From an uncultured bacterium (GTDB lineage Bacteria; Patescibacteriota; Dojkabacteria; SC72), in the NCBI GenBank assembly GCA_903840015.1, contig CAIMEL010000024.1:1057-65056 (forward strand): a stretch of 64,000 nt of DNA, read 5' to 3'. The stretch's first letter is position 1. Each line of letters starts with the position of its first letter. A program made the translations under genes and the position numbers. Below, piece after piece: positions 19,996 to 29,156 of this stretch. Under the pieces are notes generated by a model that saw only the letters and a list, made by a program, of their open reading frames with translations, had not been told where the DNA came from and did no database searches.

Positions 19996-20738
19996 ATGAG
20001 AAAATCTTGCTCAGCTTAGTGATTATTGCCGTAGTTGCAGGGGCAACGATTGCTGCTACACGAGCTTTCTTCACTAGCCAAGATGTGTTAGGTACTAACA
20101 CATTATCATCCGGCACCCTTTCCTTGGATCTAAATGGTGCTGAGACAAAAATAATTGGGCTTGGAAATGTCACTGGACTTGTTCCAGGAATGTCTACTCC
20201 AGAGGGCACAATTATTGTAAATAATGTTGGTACAGAGAACTTTGCTTGGGTTGGCAAATTCCTCCTAAGTGGTGACTCTCAATTGCCGAAAATCATTTAC
20301 ATCAAAGATATGAAGATGGAATTCCTGAAACCAGATACTACAACTTGGGAACCATCAGATCATTTCATTAAAGATGGTAAAGGATACGGATCATGGCCAA
20401 CTTACTATAACAGTTTAGCAGCATCCGATCCACTTGGGGTAATATCATTAAAAACCTGGAATGAAAATTACTCTGGTATGATACCTCCTTATCCATTCTT
20501 TGAAGGAGCTTTAAAACCAGGGTACCAGTACAAGCTAACCTTCACTTTGGCAATGCATACTTCTGCAACAAACACCTATATGGGCAGAACAATGGGACTT
20601 GGTTTCCAAGCCAATGCAACACAAATAAATGCTGAGGCAGTAGCAGATATGATATCCGGACTAATAGGGGCAACTTACCCTGCAAGTTCTGTTGATATGA
20701 CTTGGTTGAACGCTCAAATCGCAAAACAAGTTCTTTAA
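19996..20738 (+). CDS. TasA/camelysin-like protein with SipW-class signal peptide; 1-nt frameshift just after the ATG
   Basis: GATIAATRAFFTS...NTLSSGTLSLDL, P(G)...I.VNNVGT and FQANATQ. The ATG at 19996 is one base out of frame with the ORF, which opens at TTG 20007. Confidence 0.8.
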
Positions 20739-20754
20739 TTCGTTATACATTCTC

Positions 20755-20782
20755 AACCCTGGTTAACCAAGTAACCAGGGTT
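20755..20782 (+). terminator. Intercistronic hairpin (stabiliser or partial terminator)
   Basis: Perfect 11-bp stem AACCCTGGTTA / TAACCAGGGTT with a 6-nt loop; no U-tract. Confidence 0.55.
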
Positions 20783-20807
20783 CGAGGTGAATCTTATTAA
20801 AAACACT

Positions 20808-21359
20808 ATGGCACAGAAAAAGAAAAATTTGATGAATTTACTAAAAAATTTTTTATTTTTCATTGTTATAGTCTTCTTAATAGCTTTCATAGCTATAATT
20901 TTACTGATGAAGTTCAATACAAACAGCAACCTAAATTTCTTCACAGTTCTCTCTGGTTCAATGGAACCACAAATTCCTTCTGGTAGCCTAATTCTCACAA
21001 GAGTGGAAAATGAGTACAATATAAATGATGTGATTACATTCGTACCAACTCCAGAAACTCAGGTTCCGATAACACACAGAATTATTAACATCGAAAGAAA
21101 GAATGACGAAGTAATATACTACTCAAAAGGAGATGCAAATAACGCTCCAGATAATATTCCTGTGACAAAAAATCAGATTTTGGGAAAGATCATATTTACT
21201 ATACCTTTTCTTGGAAAACTTTTCGCTTATGCAAAGACCCAAACCGGATTTATTTTGCTTGTGATTCTACCGGCTTGTGTAATAATCATTTCCGAAATTG
21301 TCTCTATGAAGAAGGAAATAACTATTTTAAAAAAGAATAATGAAAAAACTCTTTCTTAA
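20808..21359 (+). CDS. sipW: Signal peptidase I, SipW (ER-type) family
   Basis: VLSGSMEP, DVITF, ITHRI, KGDANNAPD and IPFLG; Ser-His type; N- and C-terminal TMs. Confidence 0.92.
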   Translation: MAQKKKNLMNLLKNFLFFIVIVFLIAFIAIILLMKFNTNSNLNFFTVLSGSMEPQIPSGSLILTRVENEYNINDVITFVPTPETQVPITHRIINIERKNDEVIYYSKGDANNAPDNIPVTKNQILGKIIFTIPFLGKLFAYAKTQTGFILLVILPACVIIISEIVSMKKEITILKKNNEKTLS

Positions 21360-21984
21360 AATTCTCGCTATCTATACCCTAATCTTGTTACCACAGGTAC
21401 CATTCAGTATTGCCTTTCTGTTAGATGAAGAAATTTTGGATACCAGTTTAATTACCACAGGAACGTGGGCTCAAGAATCAGTGATAATTAACGAAGTTAT
21501 GTGGATGGGATCTTCCGTATCTGATCGCGACGAATGGATAGAATTAAGAAATCTTTCGAATCAAGAGGTTGATATATCCCACTGGAAGCTGTACGGGGCA
21601 GTTGCAGTATATAATGGTCATCTCGAAATCCCAGCAAAGCAGTCAATTGCTCCTAATGGCCTTTATTTAATTGCTAACAAATACGAAACTGACAAAACTA
21701 GCAACCTTAACACACAAGTCAATCTACGATCAACAAGCATTAATCTAGATGACAACTACTTCATAAATGGCCCTCTAATACTCAAAAATCGAAATAATAT
21801 GGAAATTGATCGCACTCCAGTTCAAACAACATGGCCAGCAGGATTAAATGCGGAAACAAAACATTCAATGCAACGAGACCCTGAACTCAATTGGTACTCT
21901 TGTACCAATCTATTATGTGCGTCTGTAACATTCTGGGATATCGTCAGCCAGGACTATGGAACTCCAGGGGCTGAGAACCTCTAA
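21340..21984 (+). CDS. Lamin-tail-domain secreted protein with SipW-like processing site
   Basis: SIAFLLDEE...ITTGTW, then VIINEVMW, DEWIELRN...VDISHWKL and a terminal GTPGAEN. Confidence 0.8.
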   Translation: MKKLFLKILAIYTLILLPQVPFSIAFLLDEEILDTSLITTGTWAQESVIINEVMWMGSSVSDRDEWIELRNLSNQEVDISHWKLYGAVAVYNGHLEIPAKQSIAPNGLYLIANKYETDKTSNLNTQVNLRSTSINLDDNYFINGPLILKNRNNMEIDRTPVQTTWPAGLNAETKHSMQRDPELNWYSCTNLLCASVTFWDIVSQDYGTPGAENL

Positions 21985-22022
21985 TCCTTGTCCCAAAGCC
22001 ATTTCTGTGATATAATAGTAGT

Positions 22023-22169
22023 ATGAAAATATTAATACTGCTTTTAGCAATAACCAATCTACTCATATCTCCTCTCTTACTTAAAGAGAATGAAATAGAA
22101 GTAGATACATCTGAAGATATCCTCTCTGAAGGTATTTCTGATCCTTCATATATAACAGAGGTCAAATAA
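22023..22169 (+). CDS. Small membrane/secreted peptide (48 aa; not in the ORF track)
   Basis: MKILILLLAITNLLISPLLLKENEIEVDTSEDILSEGISDPSYITEVK; TGATATAAT lies just upstream of the ATG. Confidence 0.55.
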   Translation: MKILILLLAITNLLISPLLLKENEIEVDTSEDILSEGISDPSYITEVK

Positions 22170-22215
22170 TCCAAAAAGTTTTTGTCATACTCTCTTTTTT
22201 AAGCTAGAATAAACA

Positions 22216-22782
22216 ATGCTTAAAAAGAAAATTGCAAGAACAATATCCGAAATATCAAATGGATTCCTAACCATGATACTAACTCCACTCATTGGAGTCA
22301 TATCATCTACACTAACTACAAAAGACAAACTCATATACTCCCTAACATACCTCCTCATACCCATCCTACCCTACCTACTACTAAAAAAACTTGGAAAGAT
22401 TACAGATTACGAATTCACAAAAAGAGAAGAAAGACCCCCATACTTCATAACAGTAACACTACTCTTCGGTATAACATACCTAGTACTGAAAGAAACAGGT
22501 ATACAAATTTTAACCAACATATCACTCAATGTGTTCCTGGTATCAGGAATCATAACTCTCATAACCTTCTTCTGGAAAATATCTGGTCATATGACCTACT
22601 CAACCATCCTCTTCGCAACACTAATCTACATATTCAATCAACCATTACTCCTTCTACTCTTCCTCTTCTCCCCTTTCATTGCTTGGTCTAGAATAGTGTT
22701 AGAAAAACACACACTTTCTCAAGTAACTTGGGGAACATTACTTCCTCTCACTATTTCCATTCTCATTTATTGGGGTTTTTGA
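22216..22782 (+). CDS. Multi-pass membrane protein, PAP2-like
   Basis: Multiple TMs; REERP, WKISGH and WSRIVLEKHT..QV..G. Confidence 0.7.
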   Translation: MLKKKIARTISEISNGFLTMILTPLIGVISSTLTTKDKLIYSLTYLLIPILPYLLLKKLGKITDYEFTKREERPPYFITVTLLFGITYLVLKETGIQILTNISLNVFLVSGIITLITFFWKISGHMTYSTILFATLIYIFNQPLLLLLFLFSPFIAWSRIVLEKHTLSQVTWGTLLPLTISILIYWGF

Positions 22783-22796
22783 TAGAATACAGAAAT

Positions 22797-24245
22797 ATGA
22801 ACCTTACAATAACAGAATTAAGAGAAAAACTACTCAAAAAAGAAATATCTGCAACAGAAATAGTAAATTACTACCTAAAACGGATTTCAGAACTTGATTC
22901 CAAACTAAACTCCTACATAACTGTAAACAGTGAAGAATCACTAGAAAAAGCAAAACTCTTCGACAACAACTTCAACAAATACAAAGACAGAAAACTAGCA
23001 GGAATCCCTGTATCAGCCAAAGACGTCTTCTCAACAAAAAACATACTAACAACCTGTGCTTCACACATACTAGATGGATACAAACCTGTATACAATGCAA
23101 CAGTAATACAAAAGATACTCAACCAAGAAGCAATACTCCTTGGAAAAACAAATCTAGATCAATTCTGTCATGGATCTGGTACTGCAACATCCTACTACGG
23201 ACCCTCTAGAAACCCCTGGAACACACAAATGCTTCCTGGAGGATCAAGTGGTGGTTCTGCCGCTGCATTAGCTGCAGATCTCTGTACAGCAACCCTGGGG
23301 ACCGAAACAGCAGGCTCCCTAAGACTACCTGCTTCCTGGTGTGGACTAGTTGGCCTGAAACCAACATATGGAAGAGTATCTAGATATGGTGTACTTGCCA
23401 TGGGTTCATCCTTGGATTGTCCGGGTCCAATATCAAAATCAGTCGAAGACAGTGCATATATGTTAGAGATCATAGCTGGACATGACATCAATGATTTCAC
23501 TTCATCTGAATCAAAAGTTCCTGAATACAGTAAGAATTTAGATATTTCAAAAATCAAATCTCTCAAACTAGCACTTCCAAAAGAATATCTTGAACTAGAA
23601 CTTGAAGGTGGAGTTAGAAAAAACTTTCTAAACAGCATCCAAATCCTCAAAGATATGGGAGTAAATATAGAGGAAGTAAGCATACTAGATCCTGCATTCG
23701 CAATTGCGGTATATACCATAACTTGTAGAAGTGAAGTCTCTTCCAATCTTGCAAGATATGATGGAACAAGGTTTGGATTAGAGGGTAGTAAAAATGGAAA
23801 CATCAAAGAGTACTATGAATCTACAAGAGGTGAAGGTTTTGGACCAGAACCAAAAAGAAGAGTAATGACAGGAACATTCTCCCTCTCTGCTGGGTATGCA
23901 GATGAATACTTTAGGAAATCAGAACAGGTTAGACAGCTCATCAAAGAAGATTTAGACAAAGTACTTTCGAAGTACGACGCTATCGTAGCACCCACCACTC
24001 CATCTGTAGCATTAACAGACAAAGATGCAGAAAATCCTCTCTTCGGAGAACTAGCAGATGTCCTTGCAGAAGGAAGTTCTGAAGCTGGTTTACCTGGTAT
24101 AACGATACCTTCTGGTTTAAGTAACAACATGCCTACAGGAATACAGTTCATTGGTAGATATTTTGATGAACAAACAATTCTCAATCTTGCATATGCATTA
24201 GAGAAACAGGTAGGCAGATTGATATTAGATACAGGTAAGATATAA
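22797..24245 (+). CDS. gatA: Asp/Glu-tRNA(Asn/Gln) amidotransferase subunit A
   Basis: Amidase signature PGGSSGGSAAA, ETAGSLRLPA, KPTYGRVSRYG and SSNLARYDG; start at MNLTITEL. Confidence 0.96.
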   Translation: MNLTITELREKLLKKEISATEIVNYYLKRISELDSKLNSYITVNSEESLEKAKLFDNNFNKYKDRKLAGIPVSAKDVFSTKNILTTCASHILDGYKPVYNATVIQKILNQEAILLGKTNLDQFCHGSGTATSYYGPSRNPWNTQMLPGGSSGGSAAALAADLCTATLGTETAGSLRLPASWCGLVGLKPTYGRVSRYGVLAMGSSLDCPGPISKSVEDSAYMLEIIAGHDINDFTSSESKVPEYSKNLDISKIKSLKLALPKEYLELELEGGVRKNFLNSIQILKDMGVNIEEVSILDPAFAIAVYTITCRSEVSSNLARYDGTRFGLEGSKNGNIKEYYESTRGEGFGPEPKRRVMTGTFSLSAGYADEYFRKSEQVRQLIKEDLDKVLSKYDAIVAPTTPSVALTDKDAENPLFGELADVLAEGSSEAGLPGITIPSGLSNNMPTGIQFIGRYFDEQTILNLAYALEKQVGRLILDTGKI

Positions 24246-24252
24246 TTGGGGA

Positions 24253-25383
24253 ATGAATGTAACTAAAATACTCTCCATCATCGGCATTATCATCGGTATC
24301 TCATTACTCTCTCTGTATTTCTTTCTCCTTCAAACAAAACCATCTGATATCCCAAACAGTGGAAACACTATTATTCAAAACACAGATACAGAAGAAAAGG
24401 TTGATGAATCAGTACAGGAGAAAGAAGAAGAAATAGTTCCAGAATATATTCTTCTTGAATCTGGTTGGATACCAAATTGGGCTTTTGATCTTGGTTTTGA
24501 AAGCCTAAAACAAAACAAAGAAATCGTCTCTACTGTTAATCCAGTACTCTACACCATCAACAAAGAAGGTAAACTTGAATCAAGAGGTATACCTAAAAGT
24601 AAAATACAGGAACTAATAACATACTCCAAAGCAAACAATATCAGAGTAATACCTACCATAGGGTCATACAATGAAGGAAGTATAGATGCTTTGTTGAAAG
24701 ATTCTACAAATATACAGAGAAATATTTCAGATATATTGAAAGAGATAGAGATATATAATTTCGATGGTATTGATTTAGACTTTGAAATAATCAATGAAAA
24801 CAGCAAAGAGAAATATATTGGATATATTACTTTACTCAAAACCAACCTATCTGAGAAAAACAAACTACTCTCATTAACACTCTTTGCCCAATGGAATGAT
24901 GCTAAATATACAGATCATGAATCAACTAGAAAAGTTCAAGATTATGAATATCTTGGGAATATAGCTGATGAAGTAAGAATAATGGCATACGACTACACAA
25001 GAGCAACATCAAAAAAACCAGGGCCCATTGGTCCACTTGATTGGATAGAGGATATTCTTGAATATGCAACTTCGAAAATTCCTAAAGAGAAAATATGGCT
25101 AGGAGTCCATCTGTATAGTTATGAATGGGTAGGTACAAGAACAGAGGCATTAACAAATGTTAGTGTACAAAAGCTAATTTCCAAAGAAAACATAGCCTCA
25201 ACATACAAGAAAGATATTGGAGAGGGATATGCTAAATTTTCCTGTGTAAACAGTACAACAACATGCCAAATATATTTTCAAACAAAACAGGGGATACAGG
25301 ATAGAAGAGAAATTGCTAAAAGATTTCAGATAGCAGGGATATCCTACTGGAGATTAGGCGGAGAGTTAGATTTACTTAGATAG
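24253..25383 (+). CDS. Membrane-anchored glycoside hydrolase family 18 protein
   Basis: FDGIDLDFE (DxDxE), IMAYDY and GISYWRLG. Confidence 0.9.
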   Translation: MNVTKILSIIGIIIGISLLSLYFFLLQTKPSDIPNSGNTIIQNTDTEEKVDESVQEKEEEIVPEYILLESGWIPNWAFDLGFESLKQNKEIVSTVNPVLYTINKEGKLESRGIPKSKIQELITYSKANNIRVIPTIGSYNEGSIDALLKDSTNIQRNISDILKEIEIYNFDGIDLDFEIINENSKEKYIGYITLLKTNLSEKNKLLSLTLFAQWNDAKYTDHESTRKVQDYEYLGNIADEVRIMAYDYTRATSKKPGPIGPLDWIEDILEYATSKIPKEKIWLGVHLYSYEWVGTRTEALTNVSVQKLISKENIASTYKKDIGEGYAKFSCVNSTTTCQIYFQTKQGIQDRREIAKRFQIAGISYWRLGGELDLLR

Positions 25384-25385
25384 TA

Positions 25386-26225
25386 CTAAGGTTGTAATAC
25401 TCCTTCAGTACTACCATTCACAGATATCACTACACTTTTAACAGTATCAAACTGTTTTAATGTATTTTCAATCTGAGATCTTACTCTAGAAACAAGACAT
25501 GAACCACCAGCAACTTCATTCAGTTTCTCATTTAAATCAACATATGCTACCCCTTCAGAAATTTTCAAAGAGTTAATACTTACACCCTCAGGAAGAGAGG
25601 TAAAATACCCTGCTGTTTTTTCATCTGCTATTGGACCAAGAAAAAGCTGTTCTAGTGAAGCCCTACCTACTCCCAATGTTTCAGGAATACTTCTTGTAAC
25701 AGAGTATGTATCTTCACAATTTAAAGCTGAGGGATCACTCTTGCTATTTCCAAAATATACTTTAACAGAGATATCCTCCGTTATGACAGCACAGGTCTTG
25801 CTAAATGTAACAGGGATTGAGAAAGAATCATCGTTCTCTGGTAAATCAGAAGGATTATCTTTTTTCAATACAATATTTCCACTACCTACGCATCCAGAAT
25901 CACACTTTATCTTTGAGTAAAAAGAAATATCTCCCTCCTTCGTCCATTCTTCTTCTGTTAAAGCTTGAGTCTCTAAAACGGTCTTTCCATCTACAACAAT
26001 ACTTACAGGGAAAGAACCTTCAAAGAACCATTGATTTGATATCTTTCCAGAAAGTTCAAATTCACAACCAACTTCAGTATTAGGTTGAGGATATGTTAAT
26101 TCCAAGGGTATACCTTTTTCGGTTTTCAATGAGGTATCTTCAGGAAATTTTTCTCGAAGAAAGTAATATCCTACTCCAAGAGTAAGGATGAAGAGAAGAA
26201 GGATTACTAAGAGCTTTTGACTCAT
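25386..26225 (-). CDS. Gmad2 Ig-like + GerMN domain membrane protein
   Basis: WFFEGSFPV and KDNPSDLPEND; then LEQLFLGP, GVAYVDL, GGSC, QIENTLKQF and VISVNG. Confidence 0.85.
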   Translation of the reverse strand: MSQKLLVILLLFILTLGVGYYFLREKFPEDTSLKTEKGIPLELTYPQPNTEVGCEFELSGKISNQWFFEGSFPVSIVVDGKTVLETQALTEEEWTKEGDISFYSKIKCDSGCVGSGNIVLKKDNPSDLPENDDSFSIPVTFSKTCAVITEDISVKVYFGNSKSDPSALNCEDTYSVTRSIPETLGVGRASLEQLFLGPIADEKTAGYFTSLPEGVSINSLKISEGVAYVDLNEKLNEVAGGSCLVSRVRSQIENTLKQFDTVKSVVISVNGSTEGVLQP

Positions 26226-26299
26226 ATGTATATATATTCTAAGTTATTAGGATATTATACAACTTTTTTATACTAGTTTCCTTTCAAATCAATTAACTC

Positions 26300-27091
26300 C
26301 TAATCTTGGAAATCCAGATAATTAAAAATCTTCAAGGCGGTCTCTCGAACAAATGAATCTTCTGTCTCCTGGAGGATTCTTACCTCGTAGAGATACTCCG
26401 GCGTTGCAAAAATTGTGTAAGAGTATTCTGACAGACCTTCTTTAACCGTCAAATCAATTACTTCTTTACTCCACCTAGAAGTTTTTTCAAAAGACACTAG
26501 GAAATATTCTGCAGCTTCCAAGCTCATTTCCTTTGACACATCATCATACGCATTGTATTTGGCAATTCCATTCTTTAAATTCTCTAAAAGAGTATCATTA
26601 TTAAGCTTCGCTATATTAGGGATACAGGTAACAGAAATTGCAGCTGGTATATATCCACTCCCCCCCTCCTCTGCAGGGGCAAACATCATAGTCTCTTGCT
26701 CATGAGAATCACTATTCCAAGTTTCTAACTTTGACAACATATGGGGATATACGCCCCCATGAGGGAATTGCCAAAAACTTCCATCGGTTGGGTCAACATA
26801 TGGATTTGAACGAGGAGGCACAGGAAAACTAACTGAACATTCCTCCGCCAACTTGTATTCCCAGCCGGAGGGAAGAGATTCTTTCTTTTCTTCGGTATCA
26901 ATTGGTAGATCTATTTCATTTTCATCTACATCTGAATTCTGTATTGATTGCTTCCCAAGGTAAAAGCCAACAGCACCAGACACAAAAATAGCAATAATTA
27001 ATAACAGGAGAACAATTAAATTGAAACGTTTGGATTCGGTCTTAGTGAGATTTGGTAATGGTTCAGAATTGGGAATTTGTTGATCCAGCAT
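26300..27091 (-). CDS. Single-pass membrane protein of unknown function
   Basis: TM LIVLLLLIIAIFVSGAVGFYLG followed by a soluble domain. Confidence 0.75.
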   Translation of the reverse strand: MLDQQIPNSEPLPNLTKTESKRFNLIVLLLLIIAIFVSGAVGFYLGKQSIQNSDVDENEIDLPIDTEEKKESLPSGWEYKLAEECSVSFPVPPRSNPYVDPTDGSFWQFPHGGVYPHMLSKLETWNSDSHEQETMMFAPAEEGGSGYIPAAISVTCIPNIAKLNNDTLLENLKNGIAKYNAYDDVSKEMSLEAAEYFLVSFEKTSRWSKEVIDLTVKEGLSEYSYTIFATPEYLYEVRILQETEDSFVRETALKIFNYLDFQD

Positions 27092-27122
27092 GGCATCGGC
27101 AGTATAACAAATTATTCGAATA

Positions 27123-27196
27123 TGAGGCGCCTGGGACTCGGACCCAGCACCTACTGCTTAAAAGGCAGTTGCTCTAACCGGATGAGCTAGCGCCCC
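27123..27196 (-). tRNA. tRNA-Lys (TTT)
   Basis: GGGGCGCTAGCTCATCCGGTTAGAGC...CTTTTAA...GGTCCGAGTCCCAGGCGCCTCA; T-loop reads TCCGA. Confidence 0.92.
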
Positions 27197-27221
27197 ACAT
27201 ATATAACTTGCGATTATACCT

Positions 27222-27737
27222 TTAGGAGAATTTGTTTTCAAGGATATTCCAATCAATCTTCTCAATCCAAAACCTTGTAATATCACCAACATTCTCATTC
27301 AACATCCTCAATTCATCGAAATTCATCCACCACTCTTTTTCTGATTCGTTCCTGTCAGGATGAAGTTCTTCACCCTTCCAAAGAGCAATATAGAATTTCG
27401 TGTATTCGGTTTGACTCTCAAATCTGAAAATATGGGTATCCAACTCATGGAACTCTTCTCCTTCAAAACCTAACTCCTCTTGAAAGCCCCGAGCAACTGC
27501 ATCGGTTAGAGACTCTCCTGACAAAACATGCTCCCCAAGAAAACAACTCTTTCCCCCATCAAACTTCTTAGTAGTAGATCTCTTCGTCATCAAAACTCTC
27601 TTCGTCTTAGCATCATACAAAGTAAAATGCACGGCTGGGTGGATTAAACTTTTGTTCCTGTGACATTCAGAGCGTACCCTGTTACCAATCACATTGCCTT
27701 GCTCATCAACAATATCGACAATCTCTGTATCACTCAT
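27222..27737 (-). CDS. NUDIX hydrolase (IDI/YfcD-like)
   Basis: VDIVDEQG, H....IHPAVH and EHVLSGESLTDAVARGFQEELG Nudix box. Confidence 0.85.
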   Translation of the reverse strand: MSDTEIVDIVDEQGNVIGNRVRSECHRNKSLIHPAVHFTLYDAKTKRVLMTKRSTTKKFDGGKSCFLGEHVLSGESLTDAVARGFQEELGFEGEEFHELDTHIFRFESQTEYTKFYIALWKGEELHPDRNESEKEWWMNFDELRMLNENVGDITRFWIEKIDWNILENKFS

Positions 27738-28372
27738 AGCTTTTTTCTTAAAAATTTAGGAACAGGATTAAAACTCCTCCTATGTATCTCACAAGCCCCA
27801 TACTCCTTCAAAGCTTCAATATGTTTCTTAGTACCATATCCAACATGTGACTCAAAACCATATTCAGGATATTTTTTAGCATAATCATACATAATCCTGT
27901 CTCTTGTAACCTTTGCCAAAACTGATGCAGCAGAAATACTGTAATGTTGTAAATCTCCTGCTTTAATCTTCACCATCTTGTATTTAGGAATAGTAAGGAT
28001 ATTCTCCCCATCCGCTATAATGTAGTCAACCTTCGAATCCAATTTTCTTTCAACAATATCCAAAGCTATACTCATAGCTTCTAAAACTGCCTTCTGTATA
28101 CCCATACGATCAATATCTTTCGCACTAACAATACCCACCCCAAAGGCTGTAGAAAGTTCTTGAATCTTTTCAAAAGATAACTCTCTCTGTTTCTCTGTCA
28201 TCTTCTTACTATCTCTAACCTCGGGAACAACCTGATTCCCATTCAATATCACAACTGCACCAGCTACAACAGGCCCTGCCAAGGGACCCCTTCCTGCTTC
28301 ATCCAGCCCTACAACATAATGGAAACCTTCACTCCATAATTTCTTCTCTAGTTCTGTATCTGGATATATCAT
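27734..28372 (-). CDS. rnhB: Ribonuclease HII
   Basis: GLDEAGRGPLAGPV, DSKK, ISAASVLAKVTRD, GYGT and HRRSF. Confidence 0.97.
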   Translation of the reverse strand: MIYPDTELEKKLWSEGFHYVVGLDEAGRGPLAGPVVAGAVVILNGNQVVPEVRDSKKMTEKQRELSFEKIQELSTAFGVGIVSAKDIDRMGIQKAVLEAMSIALDIVERKLDSKVDYIIADGENILTIPKYKMVKIKAGDLQHYSISAASVLAKVTRDRIMYDYAKKYPEYGFESHVGYGTKKHIEALKEYGACEIHRRSFNPVPKFLRKKL

Positions 28373-28397
28373 ATGTATATATGTTAGCATATATGAT

Positions 28398-28670
28398 ATG
28401 AAAAAGATTTTTCTAACCCTTCTCTGCATCTTCTGTCTTTACCTTCCAACATCTACTGTTCTTGCTCAAACAGAAACCAAAGAACCAACTTCTGTTACAA
28501 TTGAGGAAAGCACAGAGACACAGCAGAATGAAACAGAAGAGAATCAACCTCAAGTTACTGAGACTAATACCGAATCCAAATATTCTTTCTCAACAATTCT
28601 TCTAGCTATACTTGCACCCTGTCTGTTAATAGTGATTACATATTTTCTTCTTCGCTTTTTTAAATTCTAA
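28398..28670 (+). CDS. Small secreted/membrane protein with T/E/Q-rich linker
   Basis: Signal peptide ending VLA, low-complexity linker and C-terminal TM. Confidence 0.7.
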   Translation: MKKIFLTLLCIFCLYLPTSTVLAQTETKEPTSVTIEESTETQQNETEENQPQVTETNTESKYSFSTILLAILAPCLLIVITYFLLRFFKF

Positions 28671-28697
28671 ATATTTAATTTTACTTTTACAAAACAT

Positions 28698-29066
28698 ATG
28701 AGAAATGAAGACCCTATGGCCTTTTTCAAAGGAATGCTCTTCGGGGCAGTCGCAGGAGCCGTTGCTGGCTTACTTCTAGCTCCCAAATCAGGGAGGGAGA
28801 CTAGAGAGGATATCAAGAAGCTTGCCGTTGATATGCAGGAAAAAGCAGTCGATATATATGAGGATGCGAAAAAAGAATTAAGAAAGAAGATTGCTGCAGT
28901 TAAGACAGCAGGAGAATTAGTTGATGAGACAAAGTACAGAGTATTGGTCAGACAGGTTGTAAATGAATACAAGAAAGATGCTAAAGTAACAGCTTCTGTT
29001 GCAGAGAAACTAGGAGAACAGCTTAAAGCTGATTGGGTACTAGTAAAAAAGGAATTGATGAAGTAG
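28698..29066 (+). CDS. YtxH domain protein
   Basis: FGAVAGAVAGLLLAPKSGRETREDI. Confidence 0.9.
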   Translation: MRNEDPMAFFKGMLFGAVAGAVAGLLLAPKSGRETREDIKKLAVDMQEKAVDIYEDAKKELRKKIAAVKTAGELVDETKYRVLVRQVVNEYKKDAKVTASVAEKLGEQLKADWVLVKKELMK

Positions 29067-29156
29067 TAAAGGATTAAGAGAGGTGCCAAGAAGCATAGTG
29101 GTTAGACCACATATCAAGGCACCCCCCTGTCCTTTTTCCAAGAGAGAGAGTGAAAC

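Noticed and set aside
23195-23806. 203-aa antisense ORF within gatA (and similar shadows such as 45763..46356 and 61905..62513)
   Set aside because: No motifs, and they lie fully opposite well-supported genes.
29082-29123. Hairpin as an integron attC site
   Set aside because: GTCTAAC is present on the minus strand but there is no matching downstream GTTRRRY and no integron integrase.
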